From: Enoplolaimus lenunculus
Lineage: Eukaryota
Direction of reading: 5' to 3'
NCBI GenBank assembly: GCA_030248215.1
Contig: JASANG010002125.1
Location: 310,001-374,000, forward strand
Length of the DNA: 64,000 nucleotides
This document shows positions 11,610 to 24,926 of this stretch, piece by piece. Position 1 is the stretch's first letter, and each line of letters begins with the position of its first letter. The position numbers and the translations under genes are program-made. The notes below the pieces were generated by a model. That model saw nothing but the letters and a program-made list of their open reading frames with translations. It did not search any database and was not told the DNA's origin.

Positions 11610-11860
11610 GCACATGAAATTTTCTATTTCGACTTCATACGACCTTGGTGAGCTATACAGGGTCTCAGTAAATTATACCTGGCTTTGGTGGTTCGTGACG
11701 GTCGTGCGCCATCCGCGGTCGTGCGCACTCCCTAACTTGGACTTGCGAGCGAACGGAATACGGTGCTATGCAATTGGCTGCGAGATACTGGACTAGTTGG
11801 GATTGAACCCGGGCCTTCTGAGTGAAAGGCAGGCATGCTATCCAATACACCACTGGCCAG
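11610..11860 (-). mobile_element. tRNA(Glu-TTC)-derived SINE-like element
   Basis: Minus strand reads TGGCCAGTGGTGTATTGGATAGCATGCCTGCCTTTCACTCAGAAGGCCCGGGTTCAATCCC (A box, TTC anticodon loop, B box; stems broken), followed by a ~170 bp GC-rich body. Confidence 0.6.
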
Positions 11861-11969
11861 TGATGTCACAAGGCCAATTGCACCACCATTTTACAATCGT
11901 TAACGATTGGCCAGTTAAAAGCCATCATTTTAAAACCGGCATGTAAGCCGCTGAACGTAAATGGTGCTA

Positions 11970-12453
11970 TTGTAGTGACGCGAATAAGACATTGGGACTG
12001 ATATTTATTTTGCCTCTCCACAGGGTAGCTCTTGATACTTGGTTACGGACTGTTGTTTATTTTAATTCAACCATGTTAATTGAACCCGACACCCTTCTTT
12101 AGTATATATATTCTTTAGGGCATTTTGAGTTGATCAGTAGTATTTTTGTTGATTTGGATGCTCGTTAATGACGTCAAAAAATGTATACCGCAACCCTTTA
12201 CTACCAACTTTCTTAAATTCGGGTCACTACAGTGCAAAAATTGGTGAGTCAAATTGACTCCCTCCGAAATAGGTTTTTCGGGACGACACAAACTGAGTCA
12301 AATTCGACTTTGTCAGAGTTAAATTCGACTCATTTAGCGACTCAATGAGTCGAATGTGACTTTGTCGGAGTCGAATTTGACAAAATTTGTGTAGTCTGGA
12401 AAAGCCTAATTTGGAGAGAGTCAATTTGAGTCACCATTTTTTGCAGTGCACCG
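11970..12453. mobile_element. TA-TSD MITE (family I, Tc1/mariner-like) interrupted by family G
   Basis: TA|TTGTAGTGACGCGAATAAG ... TTCGGGTCACTA[G insertion]CA-CCG|TA. Confidence 0.6.
12230..12448. mobile_element. Palindromic CACTGCAAAAA-type MITE (family G), nested in family I TIR
   Basis: Long inverted arms TGCAAAAATTGGTGAGTCAAATTGACTC / GAGTCAATTTGAGTCACCATTTTTTGCAGTG; flanks TA/CA. Confidence 0.8.
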
Positions 12454-13337
12454 TAGCAGGTGTAAAACTGTGTTTGCAGCCAGTTGGCACAACTCAGCTG
12501 TCTCTGTTATTGAAAGCGGTCCACTCAAGTCAAACGAGGCTTTGGCATGTATATTTCGCGGCTTACTTGCAACAGTTGGCAATTTTAACTATACTAACAT
12601 CAGTTGTTCAAAGGAAAGCAAATTAATTTGATTGGATGATGATGGTAAAGCAAATAAATTTGATTGGAGGATGAAAAGCCAAACAATTTTTTGTCGCAAT
12701 TTTATTGCTTGAATATTCGTTTTTTGTTGTATTAAATGTTTGACCTGTTTTGGATAACATTATCCGAAATCTTGTCGTCTCAACGGTTTGTTCAACATTA
12801 TTCGGCTTTGGATCAGGTTCAGCCTAATTTAGGTTTAAGTTTAGGTCTTAGCAAACAATCGGGCACCAGACGGTTTAAGCGAGAAATGGTCGTATAGATT
12901 CTAGACTTTCAGTTGAAAAATGTAGCGAACTTGCGTTGAAATTTTTGAATTTTTCCGTAATATATATCGTTATGATTTTGCTAACGAATGGCAGTAATTT
13001 TTAATTTTTAAAAACCCTGAAACGGTGTTAACCTCTCGCAATGGCTGATACACAAATTCTGACTGAGAGCGGCGCGTATATACCCTTTCTTTAGGATGGA
13101 TCACAAAAGGTGCCGCTCAGCGTTTGAGATCGAGAGAGAAAATTTCTGCAAAAGCAAAGGAAATCGCATCTTAGCATAAGACGCATTTCTGTTCGAGTCT
13201 CAGGCCATTAGCTGATGTTGGAGCTCGAACGTCCCTTTTGTGGTAGCTCGTTTCATGAACTCTGTATAACGCAATTTAAAGCTATGTATAGAACAGGGCG
13301 GTAAAGTTAGTCATATTTGTACGCCTAAACATAAACT

Positions 13338-13573
13338 GGCCCATGTAAAGGTCAGGAGGTGACCGTTTTTCTGTGGGACTTCAATAGAGTAAGTTTAAGC
13401 GTTAGACTAACTTTTGCTTGGCTTAGGTTTAGGCTTAGGCAATGGCTTAGGAATATGCTCATGCTTACGCTTAGGCTTAGGCTTAGGAATATGCTCATTC
13501 TTATGCTTAGGCTTAGGCTTAAGCTTAGCAATATGCTTCTAATACTGTTCCGCCCCTGTTCTTTACATTGGCC
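13338..13573. mobile_element. TTAGGC-carrying MITE family A, nested in an older opposite-orientation copy (~13281-13670)
   Basis: Full TIR pair. The flanking sequences are the left and right halves of another family A copy with CCTAAG repeats. Confidence 0.75.
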
Positions 13574-14644
13574 CATCGCCCATAAGATTAAGCGTAACAA
13601 TAAGCTTATAGATAAGCCTAAGCCTAAGCCAGAACAAAAAAGTCGTCAAAAGCTTAAGCTTACTCTGGGCCAAACTTAGTAACTAAACATATCTTTAACG
13701 AAACCCCCCTTTCAGTTGTTACTTGACAGCATATTTCATTATTTAAGATATATGCAATTCCTGGTATGAAGAATATACGGAACAGTACGCGTGCAAGGCA
13801 CGAAGTTTCTCATGGCCAAATTTTCTGAAATGTTTTAACGCTCACACCTACAATTTTGATAAATTTGTATAAAAATTGTGCAAAATTTAGAATTTTTACG
13901 ATTAAAAAACAGGGCCAAAAACGTTACTATATTTTTAATAGCAAAACTGTTTTAATGAGGGCATACAACAGCCCCGATCTGGGTCTGCATTTCGCCTTCA
14001 GTTCCATCTATACGAAACTCGAGATTCCAGTTGTAAAACGGCTTTTTGCCAAAATCACGCAATATTAAGTTATAAACTGTTTTACAGATTTGACAAACTT
14101 TAGACTTTTTTGCAGATCGGATAAACCTGTCAGCAGAGTTGCCAAGAAATGACCTGTCAAGAGTGACTGAAGCCAACCGGAATGCCAACGTCGTTTAATG
14201 AATGTATTAATAAGGTAAGCAAGTTTATTTCAATAAATTGTTTAAGAATTCAACATACGTCCAATGTATAGAACTGAACCGTAACAACAGTAGTATATAT
14301 AAGCATATTCGAAAGTCTAAGCCTAAGCCTATGCCAAAGTGTAAAAATGAGCTTATACCTAAGCCTAAGCCTAAGCATAAAGCATGGGAACCCATTCATA
14401 AACAAACCATTTAAGGATGAAAACAATTATTAATATGTATCTTTAATAAATTATTAGCTATGTACTTTTTTGGTCGTATTTCTACTTTATGCCTAATTAT
14501 CAATAAATTTGCCGTTAATAATGTGCGAATTTATACAATTTTTACTGACGGGTTTTTTCAAGTTTACAGTTAAAGCGGAGTTATGGATATACTGTCAAAT
14601 GCAAACAAAACCTGTTACGTCCCAGCAGTCGGGTTAACCGAATA

Positions 14645-14854
14645 CACCATGTACTTTCAGGGCCGAAAATAGTGGTATGAACGCATTTCTAACCCTAAGC
14701 TTAAGCCTAAGCGTAAGCGTAAAGATAAGCTTACACCTTAAGCTAAGCCTAAATAAGTCTAAACCTACACCTAAGCAAAAAATAGTCTTGACCTTAAGCT
14801 TACACAATTGCAGTCGCACGGAAAAACGACCAGCCTCAGATCTTTGCATGGGCC
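14645..14854. mobile_element. TTAGGC-carrying MITE family A (partial copies also at ~14259-14385 and ~15235-15357)
   Basis: CCTAAG runs, AAGCTT motif, terminal GATCTTTGCATGGGCC. Confidence 0.7.
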
Positions 14855-17259
14855 AGATTTTCATACTGGAGTGGTCAGAATGATAATGCATCAGTAATCG
14901 AAACCGGATCCAGAGGTGTAAGTGGGTAAAGGATTTTTACCCGCGATGCGCTTTATCCGGTTACGCGCTGGTAGGTAGGTATATTCGCGCAAAATTCTTT
15001 TACCCACTACTCGCCTTTACTCGCCCGTATTTTTTGTTCTGTGTTCAATATAACTGTGTTATTGGCCGTGTAGTTTTACAGTGTATAGATCTTAGCCAAC
15101 CGATTTACATTACATAAATCTTTTATTGCTAAATTTGAAAACAAACCATTCAGTAATAATGGAACATCGGATAATATTGCACATTATACATATCACCGAT
15201 AAAACTAGGTTGTTTGCCCCCCAACCCCCCCCACCGATAAGCCTATACCTAAACCTAAAGTCTAGGCCTAAACCTAAGCAAAAAATAGTCTTCAGCTTAA
15301 GCTTACTTTATTTTTGTCCCACGGAAAAATAATCCGCCTCCGACCTTTACATGGGCTGTAGTTTAGATCGCGTAATCATACATTTTTAATGGTTTCGTCA
15401 CAATTTGCCTCAAGATTTCATTCAGAAAACTTGTGAAGATGTTGTTCCAAGCCATAGAAAAATATAACCTCTATAGAAACCAAGAAGAATGTCTCCAAAT
15501 GCTATATGATAAGTTGTACGTCAAATATTTCTGTTGAAATGTATGTGAAATGTATTCCCGCAGCATGGACCTAATTCAGCCAGAATCATAATGGTAGAAA
15601 CTTGCTTTAATTTGTGAGGTATGCTACCTATGTACTTTAAGACGATGTGTTTGTAAAGAATCACAAATTTTTACGCGCGCTTTGAAATTCTTTGCCCGCG
15701 TCAAAATTTTCTTAATACACGCATCCGTGTTGACCACGGAATCTTGCACTTAGTTGACTTCAACCGTACCGCTTTTATGGCTGCAAGACGAACGGTTCAA
15801 ACGTTATGGGTCTCGATATTATAGGGCAAACACGCAAAGATTAGAAGAGGAAGTATCTGTAACTGATATGTTCGTAAAGCATAAGCTTTACCACGTGTAT
15901 TTGTTATACAATTTGGTTGGCGTTTGTACATGGTTTATATTGTGAAAATTTGAAGTTTAACTTTTGAATCGCGGACGCTGCAGCCTTAAAAATGGTACCG
16001 CTGAGCTCAGCGCGTCGAAATCTATAAAATATACTGCTTTTCATTAAATTCCTAGAGGGCTCAATATTCCGTGCCTCCGCCATATGCTGGACACAGAGGT
16101 TGGGTACCTCCGAACATGAGAAAGTTTAGGCGCATGTTAACGCTTATGCTTTTAAGTTTACGGTTCAACACTTAGTTTAGGCTTATGTTTAGGCTTATAC
16201 CAAGGCTTAGCTTTGTATTCGGTTTAGCGTACGTCGGCTGGTTGTTTTACATAACATGGACCAACGGTTTAATCATGACACAATCCCTGTTTGTACCCTG
16301 TATTAACTTCCACTGTACTAAAACATAATTGTTTCGTTATTCACACCCCGTGTTGTATTAATGTAAAATGCTTTGAACAGGAAATCCTGAAAACTAAATT
16401 TTTTCAATTTAATGTTAAATAAGAGGAGTATATTTTGATTTAAATAAATATAACACAAATTCAACCACTTTGAGTGTTATTATTGATTATTTAAGTTTGT
16501 AACAAAAGTTTTGTAGCCAAACAACGTTTTCATAGACAGGCGGATACGAGGGGATACGGAAACGATATATATTCGTCGTCGAAATTTGTAAACGAGACAA
16601 AAACACTTTTACAGGCTTCAGAAGAACCTGCTAACACTTTAGAATTCAAAAATGGTTCGCTTCGCTTGGTAAAAGAACAAATTTTTAAACCAAAGTTTTT
16701 CCGTAAATGAAATAATCATGGCTACGCTTTGGATATAAATATTTATTTGCACGTAGGGCAATTCAGAAAACTGTTAGCGTAAAACGGGAACACCGTGTTT
16801 TGCTTGAAATACAATAGACGGCTTGTGCGAGTTTATTTTATTTATTATTCATGAATGAGCTCAAATTTTAAAATATTAACAAAATTATTTGTAAATTTTG
16901 TCAAATATTGAACAAAGCGTTGAAATTTTTGATTTATATTTACTTTAACAGTAAAACTAAATGTGTCAAGTCTTTTTGAAAGTATATCAGTTTATATCCG
17001 TTGCTACAGAATAACAGCATATGCAAGTAGGAGCGGAAGAACAACAGGACAATATAAGCTCTTGCGAAATAATCCTATCCTCACAGACGTAGGTTTGAAA
17101 TCAAGTTCAGGCTTAGGCTTAGGTTTACCAAAGAGACTTACCTAAGCCTACGCTCTTCTCTTAAATGTCGGCGGAAGTGTACTACGGCCCAATTAAGAGA
17201 GGCTAATGATAACATTAGTTAGTTGCGTTTCACTTGTTCGCTAAACAGCAATTGCTGTA

Positions 17260-17824
17260 CACACTAAAAAATTGTTTTGAAATTTCATGACTCCTACTTA
17301 AATTTTCGCAACATAAATGTCTGGTATTGCAGATATTAATAGCCTTAAACAGCTCAGAAATTCGTGCCTAAAATGATTAAAACATAAATTTCTTATAATT
17401 CAAAAAATTACTAATGCCTTTTCGTAAACGTCAATTTCTTCCTTTCAAGAAATAGTTGTCTTATATTCAAGAGTTAATTTTCTCATTTATTTGCATGTAC
17501 AAAGTAGCTCCGTTTATGTCCTTAGGAGTGTATTTAAATAATGAAATTTCAAACAACATTTCGGATTGAACTCAGGCTCTCCTAACCTAAGTTTACGTCT
17601 TGAACGTTTTTCGGGTTGTAAAATTACGGCATTTGGTTTGATTTTAACCCCCAAATTTTGGATTCGTTGTAAAGTCTAAAAATATTCAAACACATTTCTG
17701 AAAAATTTGAGAAATAAAAGTCTGAAATTCATGACATACACATGTCTGGAGTCCGCATTAAAACATAATTGTCTTAAATTTTAGACAATATTTCTTGAAT
17801 ATAAGACAATTTACTTTGTGTGTG
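17260..17824. mobile_element. AT-rich CAC...GTG-ended element (related copy 19310-19555)
   Basis: TA|CACACTAAAAAATTG ... CAATTTACTTTGTGTGTG; subterminal TTTCTTGAAT/AAGACAAT repeats shared with 19310-19555. Confidence 0.5.
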
Positions 17825-20086
17825 CAATTTCCTTTTAGCAAACTAAATTTTTTTCACGGACCACGAAGCTATACGAGCTGTAAAACATTTAATTGGGGGC
17901 CTCCTTAGACCTGTTTGTGGATGCCTCGGCCATCCTAACGCTGGCGCTACTTCTTATTCGCGGCTAAGGCTGTGATATAGGCTTAGAGTTAAGTAAAAGT
18001 TCAAAGTTTCAACACAGGTAAACCTTTGCCTAAAAGCCTCAGCGTAAGCTTAAGCACATATGGTATGAAAGGCTTTCAAGAGCCCAAAACATCTAATGCC
18101 ATGATAGCACTTTAAATTGTTCAATGGTGCAATAGGTCACCTGTTTGATACCTCCACCACAAGTTAAGCCTAGAACCTCGGCTTATTACAAAGCAGTGGT
18201 TTGCAGAAAAATTTAAATTATCGCTTGAAAAGATCAAATTTAAGTAGCTATGTAATTATTTGATATTTTGACTTTTTTTATACCTACCGATTTAAACTAA
18301 TTTGAAACTTGATATGTCACCTAGTATATATACAGCATTATGCAGTTTGCTTTTGTCCATTTATTGCGCTTAGCTTGCAGTAACCTTCATAAAATGTAGC
18401 AAAAATTCCGTAAACACTCCAATACGTAATGGTTAAACACCGTTTTAAAGCGGTATTTGGTATTCTGCAATTCCTTATCCAAGTTTCGCTAGAGGACGAA
18501 TATCGCACCGCTGACCCTGATAGACTTTACAAAATTATAAAATGCAACCGATCTTTCCGTATATAAACTTTTGAGTTCATTATCAGTCTCAACAATCCGC
18601 ACAGAGTTGTATTGATACGTGTGTATTCATATCAGTTTTAAACAAAGTTAACTCTACAAATTGTTTCACACATCCACGCTTTCGTAAATAAAAATTTATT
18701 GATGCTTACAGTAATTTGAAATTGCACGTTCCACAGTCTCTTTGAACTGAAACCTTTTAATATTTTTGAGGTCGGCTGAAACCAAACCGCTACAGAACGA
18801 TTTCTGAACGATTCTGGAGTCATAGAAATGCATCATGACTTATTTGGAATACGGGCGTTAGACAACAAGAAATCAAAGTTACTTTTAGAGCCGTACCTGT
18901 AGATCAATCATATTCCTAAGCCTCATATTCCTAAGCTTAAAAGTCTACGTATTTATAAAAGTGTACACCTAGAAAAGAAATATTAAAATCTAACCGAACT
19001 CTTTTGCAGTTACACCTGAAACCAGGACGGCCCTAAAAGATAACATGGGTCAATATGGAATAAAGAGATATAAACAGTCACGCCGAAATTTCAAGCCTCG
19101 GAACCGGCACTTTCACAGATTGCAGAATACTCTGCAGAGGTCATACTGATTATCGCGCTGGCTCGCGTTGAGGTTATTCCCGACAGAAAAGAACTCATGG
19201 ATTAGACTTTGATTTAGTTATTTAGTTCGTATAAACTGCTGCCCGATTGGGTACTTCCACAGATGTACCCGTTAAACGTATACACGTCTTTGGCAAAATT
19301 CAATTCCTACACTCAAAATAATATTTCTGATATTTAAGAAAAAATTTCTTACATTTGAGAAATATGATTAGCAAGGTGCACTGGAAAAGTATTTCTGTTA
19401 TAACAGAAATGTTTTCAAAAACGTTTTGAAATAAAGTCTGAAAATAAAAGTTTTCCAGTTATTTTTAGAAAAATTGTCTTAAATATCAGCAAAACTTTGC
19501 AGATTTGCCGCAGAAAACTCTTTTCTGAATAAATTCAGAAATACTTTTTTGTGTGAGGTCATCCATGTATGTTTGAGTCTAGGGTTAGGCTGACATTCAG
19601 ACTTAGGCTTAAACATTCTAGCTATTATTGAGAGCTTTTACATTGGCAAAAAATATTCCAAAACGATCGAATTCTCGGCAAAAGCTATAAATGTAATTTT
19701 CGCTTTACTTAGTAAAAATTGGTATTCGCTTTGTGGCATTAATGTTAACGAATGTGTATGTTTGACGGCAAAACGTGATCCTCTGAAAATTAATTCGAAT
19801 CCGCCGCAAAATTTGTGCGACCTTCACATAATGTTAAAAATATTATTAATGTGAAGAATTGAAGTTTTCAGTGACGATATTTTGTTTGTTACTAAAATTT
19901 AAAGTTAAATTTCACACCTTCACTATTATTAATAGTGAAGAAAATGTATTTTTCAAACTGTATTGGAAAAAATATTGATATCGTATTTATTCTTTAAGAC
20001 GTAAGTTTTACAGAATGTATTGCTTGCATCTTGTTGAATATGCATTGAAACTTGGGTGCTTTGCCGCTGCAGATATCCTCAGGCTG

Positions 20087-20500
20087 CAAGGTGCAACCGG
20101 AGATGAAAAATACCGGAGCCGGAGACGGAGGTCAACGAAACTTGCCGGAGCCGGAGACGGAGGTCAACGAAACTTGCCGGAGCCGGAGCCGGAGACGGAG
20201 GTCAACGAAACTTGCCGGAGCCGGAGCCGGAGGTGAGGCGAAATGACGTAGTATAAATGTTGGTTAAATAGTTAATTTTAGCCAATATCTGCAAAATATT
20301 GTTAAGTTGTGTGGTTTCACGCTAATTTTCTGCCAAATTTCGGCAATTCTTCCACAAAATTGTGACAAAAGTCAATCGAAATACGCGAAACAGATAAATT
20401 TAGGAAAATTATGCAAAATTTTACTATCAAAATTGCCGGAACCTCCGGCAAAAATTCTACTGGAGCCGGAGCCGGAGGCCGATTTTCCGGTTGTACCCTG
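20087..20500. mobile_element. hAT-like MITE (family E) with expanded internal 33-39 bp tandem repeat
   Basis: Homologous to 10356-10749; three copies of CCGGAGACGGAGGTCAACGAAACTTGCCGGAG at ~20113-20235. Confidence 0.8.
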
Positions 20501-20754
20501 GGCTATGGGTTATTTCATTAAAAAATTAGAGCCCCCTATACAAGCTTTAACTCCGTTTCTTAATGATAATAATCTATTATGCCCCGTAAAATTTTCAGCC
20601 GGTGTAACACGTTGAGTTGTCTAGGGGGTCAGCAGCTGCACTGTGAGAGCCTGCTTAGGTAATTGGTTAGGCATGTTTTTCGAAAACTAAAAGCATTTAG
20701 CCACTAATTCATGAATGCAGTTGAAACTAAAATCCCTAATGTTGCTCATAGAAC

Positions 20755-20941
20755 GGCCAATGTATAGAACAGGACACCGTAGCAGTAGTATAAGCAGATT
20801 CCTAAGCCTAAGCCCAAGCATAAAAATAAGCTTACCCCTAAGCCTATTAAGCCTAAGCAAAAAAATTAGTCTAAAGCTTGAACTCATGCAATTTTTAGTC
20901 CCGCACAAAAACGTTCGGCCCTTGATCTTTATACATTGACC
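20755..20941. mobile_element. TTAGGC-carrying MITE family A
   Basis: GGCCAATGTATAGAACAGG ... CTTGATCTTTATACATTGACC with CCTAAG repeats. Confidence 0.8.
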
Positions 20942-21695
20942 CTCATAATTATCCTTTGCATTGGCAAATTATTTTTTCAAATTTTAATGTCTTATGAAGA
21001 CTTATTTGCACCCAAATTTGCGAAACTTAGTCAAACTTGTTTCCTATTATCCACATTAGCTTGAAGTTTTATAACATTTTAAGATTGACATATATACTAT
21101 GTTTACGATTAATTAGCAAAATTGACTGTTATAAAACAATATTCGGCGTTGAAGGAATATTAAATTTCAAAAATACCCCTGTTGATTTAAGCAAACAATG
21201 TGTTCATCATGTTTCTCTGGCCCATAAAACTTTTGGCACTGAAAGTTCACTATGTTTCTGTCATTATGTAATAATAAAAATTAAACACAAAACCTGCTAT
21301 TATAACTTGTGGCAACACATAAATTTAGCTGAGTGAATCAGGGACACAGCTTGAGGTATCGGTCGGGCGTACAATCCATCCAATATTCATAAATAATACC
21401 TAGCAATTTTCTTTCCTCATCAATTAAAATGTTTTTGATTAGAGCAAAGTTGTAAAATTAATTTAAGAATTACATTAATATTTTATAAGGTTAAACGTTA
21501 GGTTTAAGGTTCAAATATTCAAACTAAATTCGACCCAAACCTTAATCCTTGCCTTATAATAGCTTACTCTGTGTTTCGTGATTCAGTGACGAGGTTTACA
21601 GATTGACAACAGCTTAAATTTTGGCTTTAAACAACACTGAATATTTTATTCTGGTATTCAACGCTGTATATTATTCTAGTATTATAGTATACAAC

Positions 21696-21758
21696 CTCCT
21701 ATAACTGAGTGGTCAAAAAGCGTTCGACTCGAGAGATTACTGTTCGAATCTTAGGCTG
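21696..21758 (+). pseudogene. Degenerate tRNA(Ser-CGA)-like relic
   Basis: TAACTGAGTGGTCAAAAAGCGTTCGACTCGAGA...TGTTCGAATC resembles A box, CGA loop and B box. Confidence 0.3.
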
Positions 21759-22200
21759 AAACTGACTAACAGATACAAAATTTTCATTGCAACAGCAACT
21801 CAGGTTATATTTGAAGTCGAAGTTTTACAAACTGACAACTATAGATATAGTGAGAGACCGTTTTCAACACTGAAACGCTCATTCAAATAGTGAATTTTTC
21901 AGGAAAATCACTGCTGTCCGCTTCTGTTTTTAGAAAACACGCCCTTTTATTTGCCGATCTTATATTTTAGTGTATTTTTTGAGACAAGCTGCTAAATTTA
22001 AAAGGTATAAAACTTTAAAACGAGTAAAGTTTTTACAATAATTTGCCGAAATTAATAATTCATAAAGAAATTTATAGAAATTGGGCATTGTATACAAACA
22101 ACTGTTTATGTATGGCTTGAAAATACATAATTGGTATAGGGCATATAAACAAAATAAAAGCATGACGCAACCAGAATATTTGGTTGTGGTTTACAACTTG

Positions 22201-22374
22201 GGCCAATATATAGAACACGACCGTAACAGTAATATAAGCATATTCCTAAGCCTAATCGTAACATTAAGCGATAAAATTGAGATTATACGTAAGCCTAACG
22301 AGTGTTAGTCTATGGCTTAAGACTCTATTGCAATCTCACAGAAAAACGTTCCACCCATGATCTTTACATGGGCC
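22201..22374. mobile_element. TTAGGC-carrying MITE family A
   Basis: TIR pair; TSD ACAACTTG/ACAACTGG. Confidence 0.8.
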
Positions 22375-23080
22375 ACAACTGGGGTCCAAATGGTAATAGA
22401 TGACCGGTGTGGCGAACCTAACTATTTTACGCAGTATATATACCTGTTTATTAATGTTTGTCCAAGAAGCATACTTCTCTAGCGCATTTGCTATTAAATT
22501 TAGGAAAAAGGCTTATATGCCTATTCGTTTGCTTAAATCTTGAAATAGACAAAGCTGTAAGATTTAAGTGTAACTTGTTTATTTCCAATCCCACCTTCAG
22601 CTATCCATCTAAACAACAATGAAATTCTATCTACTAGCTAAGTAATTAAATTAGTTTTCTTTTCTGTATCATTTAATCCTGAATATATATATCAACGCGA
22701 TACGGATATTGGGTTTTATTTGGAACTGGCATAGTTGAACCAGATCACAATGAGAGTTTGATTGCTGCTTTTAGACCTGAAATCATTTTCAATAAAACTG
22801 CATTCGGAAATATCTTTCATAGAGTGTTTTGAAGGAACACACTAAAGGCACAAAAGCTTTGCTGAGTTTAGACGTTTTGGCGAGTTTTGTTGAAATACAG
22901 AACAAATTATCAAACGTTTCGCTATAATAGAAAATTTAACTTTTGATGCTTTTAGAATTTACTAAACAATGATGAATAACAATTGAAAATAATGACAGAT
23001 ACACGTCTTTATGTTAGAACGAAATATCGTTTTGATTGAACTAAAATTTATTAGCTATGTAATTAAGTTATCGATGGTGT

Positions 23081-23265
23081 GACAAATGTTACTTTTAGGG
23101 CCGAAACAGTAGGTTAAGCGTATTCCTAAGCCTAAGCGTTGCAAAAGCGTATTCCTAAGCCTAAGTCTAAGCCTAAGCCTAAGCAAAAAAGTGTAGTCTA
23201 TAATGTAAACCTAGTCTTTTACAGACCCACCAGAAACCGGGACGGCCCTAAAAGTAACATGAGCC
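23081..23265. mobile_element. TTAGGC-carrying MITE family B (a degenerate copy also at ~18877-19051)
   Basis: ATGTTACTTTTAGGG ... CCCTAAAAGTAACATGAGCC; TSD GATGGTGT/GATGCGGT (6/8). Confidence 0.75.
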
Positions 23266-23464
23266 GATGCGGTGATTGATTTATAGCTTTAACAGTTAAC
23301 ATTTTAATAGAAAAAAGGAAAATTCCATCGTATGGCGTTCGAACCAGGTTTTTTCACCGGGTTAAAGTTAGGTTCTAACGCAAAAAATTAAGCAATTATT
23401 GATTAAATAATACATAACTATTCACATGGTTAAGAAACAAATATCGATTATACCAAAGTAGATG

Positions 23465-23661
23465 CGCCCATGTACAGAACAGGGCCGGATCGTTTTCCGG
23501 GGTTGCTGTAACAGAGTCAGTTTAAGCTCTGGACTATATTTTTTGCATAGGCTTAGGCTTAGGTTTAGGCTTAGGAATAGGCTCATCTTTACGTCTACGC
23601 TTAGGTTTAGCCTGAGGAATATGCTTATACTACTGTTCCGGCCCTGTTCTATACATGGGCC
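23465..23661. mobile_element. TTAGGC-carrying MITE family A
   Basis: TIR pair; perfect 8-bp TSD AGTAGATG/AGTAGATG. Confidence 0.9.
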
Positions 23662-23997
23662 AGTAGATGTAATTAAACCTTGCGGAAAAATCAAAGACAG
23701 TTTCAGATGAATCTCTTTTTTGTATATACGTAAGCAAATATTTTCAGCGATTACTGCACTCACTTACGTATCCAACATTTAAACAAGCATCAATGAATTA
23801 CACTCGGAGGTACAATATACTTTCACTCGTTCTGCGACAGTTATTATGCTGATGTTTTGAGCTTTTGCTAAATAAAATCTTTAAATTTTTGCAGATTTTT
23901 AATCAAACTGTTTGGCAAAGTTGAATTTTCCCCTGCCAATTAAATTTCGAAAGTCACAGCAAAATTCAACTTAAAATAACTTATTGTCTACTGATGC

Positions 23998-24194
23998 GGC
24001 CCACGTAAAAAGATCTGGGCCGGAATGTTTTTCTGTGGGACTAGAAAAGAGTACGCTTAAGCTTTAGACTAATTTGTTGATTGGTTTAGGCTTAGGCTTA
24101 GGCTTAGGAATATTCTCATTCTTGCGTTTAGGATTAGGATAAGGCTTAGGAATATGTTTATAATACTGTTCCGCCCCTGTTTTTTACATTGGCC
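23998..24194. mobile_element. TTAGGC-carrying MITE family A
   Basis: TIR pair; TSD ACTGATGC/ACTTTTGC (6/8). Confidence 0.8.
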
Positions 24195-24597
24195 ACTTTT
24201 GCCTGCACCAGTTATGTACGCCAAGTTGACTCCAGCCAAGCGACTGCTTGCAAACACGCCAAACTGCGGCCAATATTCAACCGAAACAAAACCGGCCATA
24301 ATTTCTGGACGACGCCTCCCTCGGAGCATAACAATAAAGCTTCAATTGTCACACGAGCAGCTACTAAATATTCAACGTGTAATTGGTGACTCTGCAGCAA
24401 TCACATCAACTGCTCTTGAACTAAATCGAGAGCGATGATTTAGTAAAATTAATCCATAATACATTAAAACTTAAAGTACTAAATGAAGATGCGTTGCTCT
24501 GCGTGACAAATTGTCTGTCAGCTAAAACGTCATATTTTTATAGGATCTCCCCAGGGAAGCCATTACTGAACACTGGTCAATTATCGTTTTGCCGTTT

Positions 24598-24607
24598 GTC
24601 GTCGTCG

Positions 24608-24657
<50 letters not shown>

Positions 24658-24729
24658 ACTGTTGTTGTTGTTGTTTGGTTGTTGTTATTGTTGTTGTTGT
24701 TGTTGTTATTGTTGTTGTTGTTGTTGTTT

Positions 24730-24778
<49 letters not shown>

Positions 24779-24793
24779 GGTTTGGTTGTTGTT

Positions 24794-24861
<68 letters not shown>

Positions 24862-24893
24862 GGTTTGGTTGTTGTTATTGTTGTTGTTGTTGT

Positions 24894-24926
<33 letters not shown>

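Noticed and set aside
11795..11860. Functional tRNA-Glu gene
   Set aside because: T-stem and anticodon stem pairing are broken and there is no nearby oligo-T terminator; better explained as a SINE head or pseudogene.
13352..13679. LSLSLS/LRLRLR ORFs (also 14634-14891, 20687-20939, 23422-23763, 58658-59002)
   Set aside because: Translations of TTAGGC/GCCTAA hexamers in family A MITEs.
20113..20235. 33-39 bp repeats resembling a CRISPR array
   Set aside because: No unique spacers, no cas genes, eukaryotic context; lies inside a hAT-like MITE.
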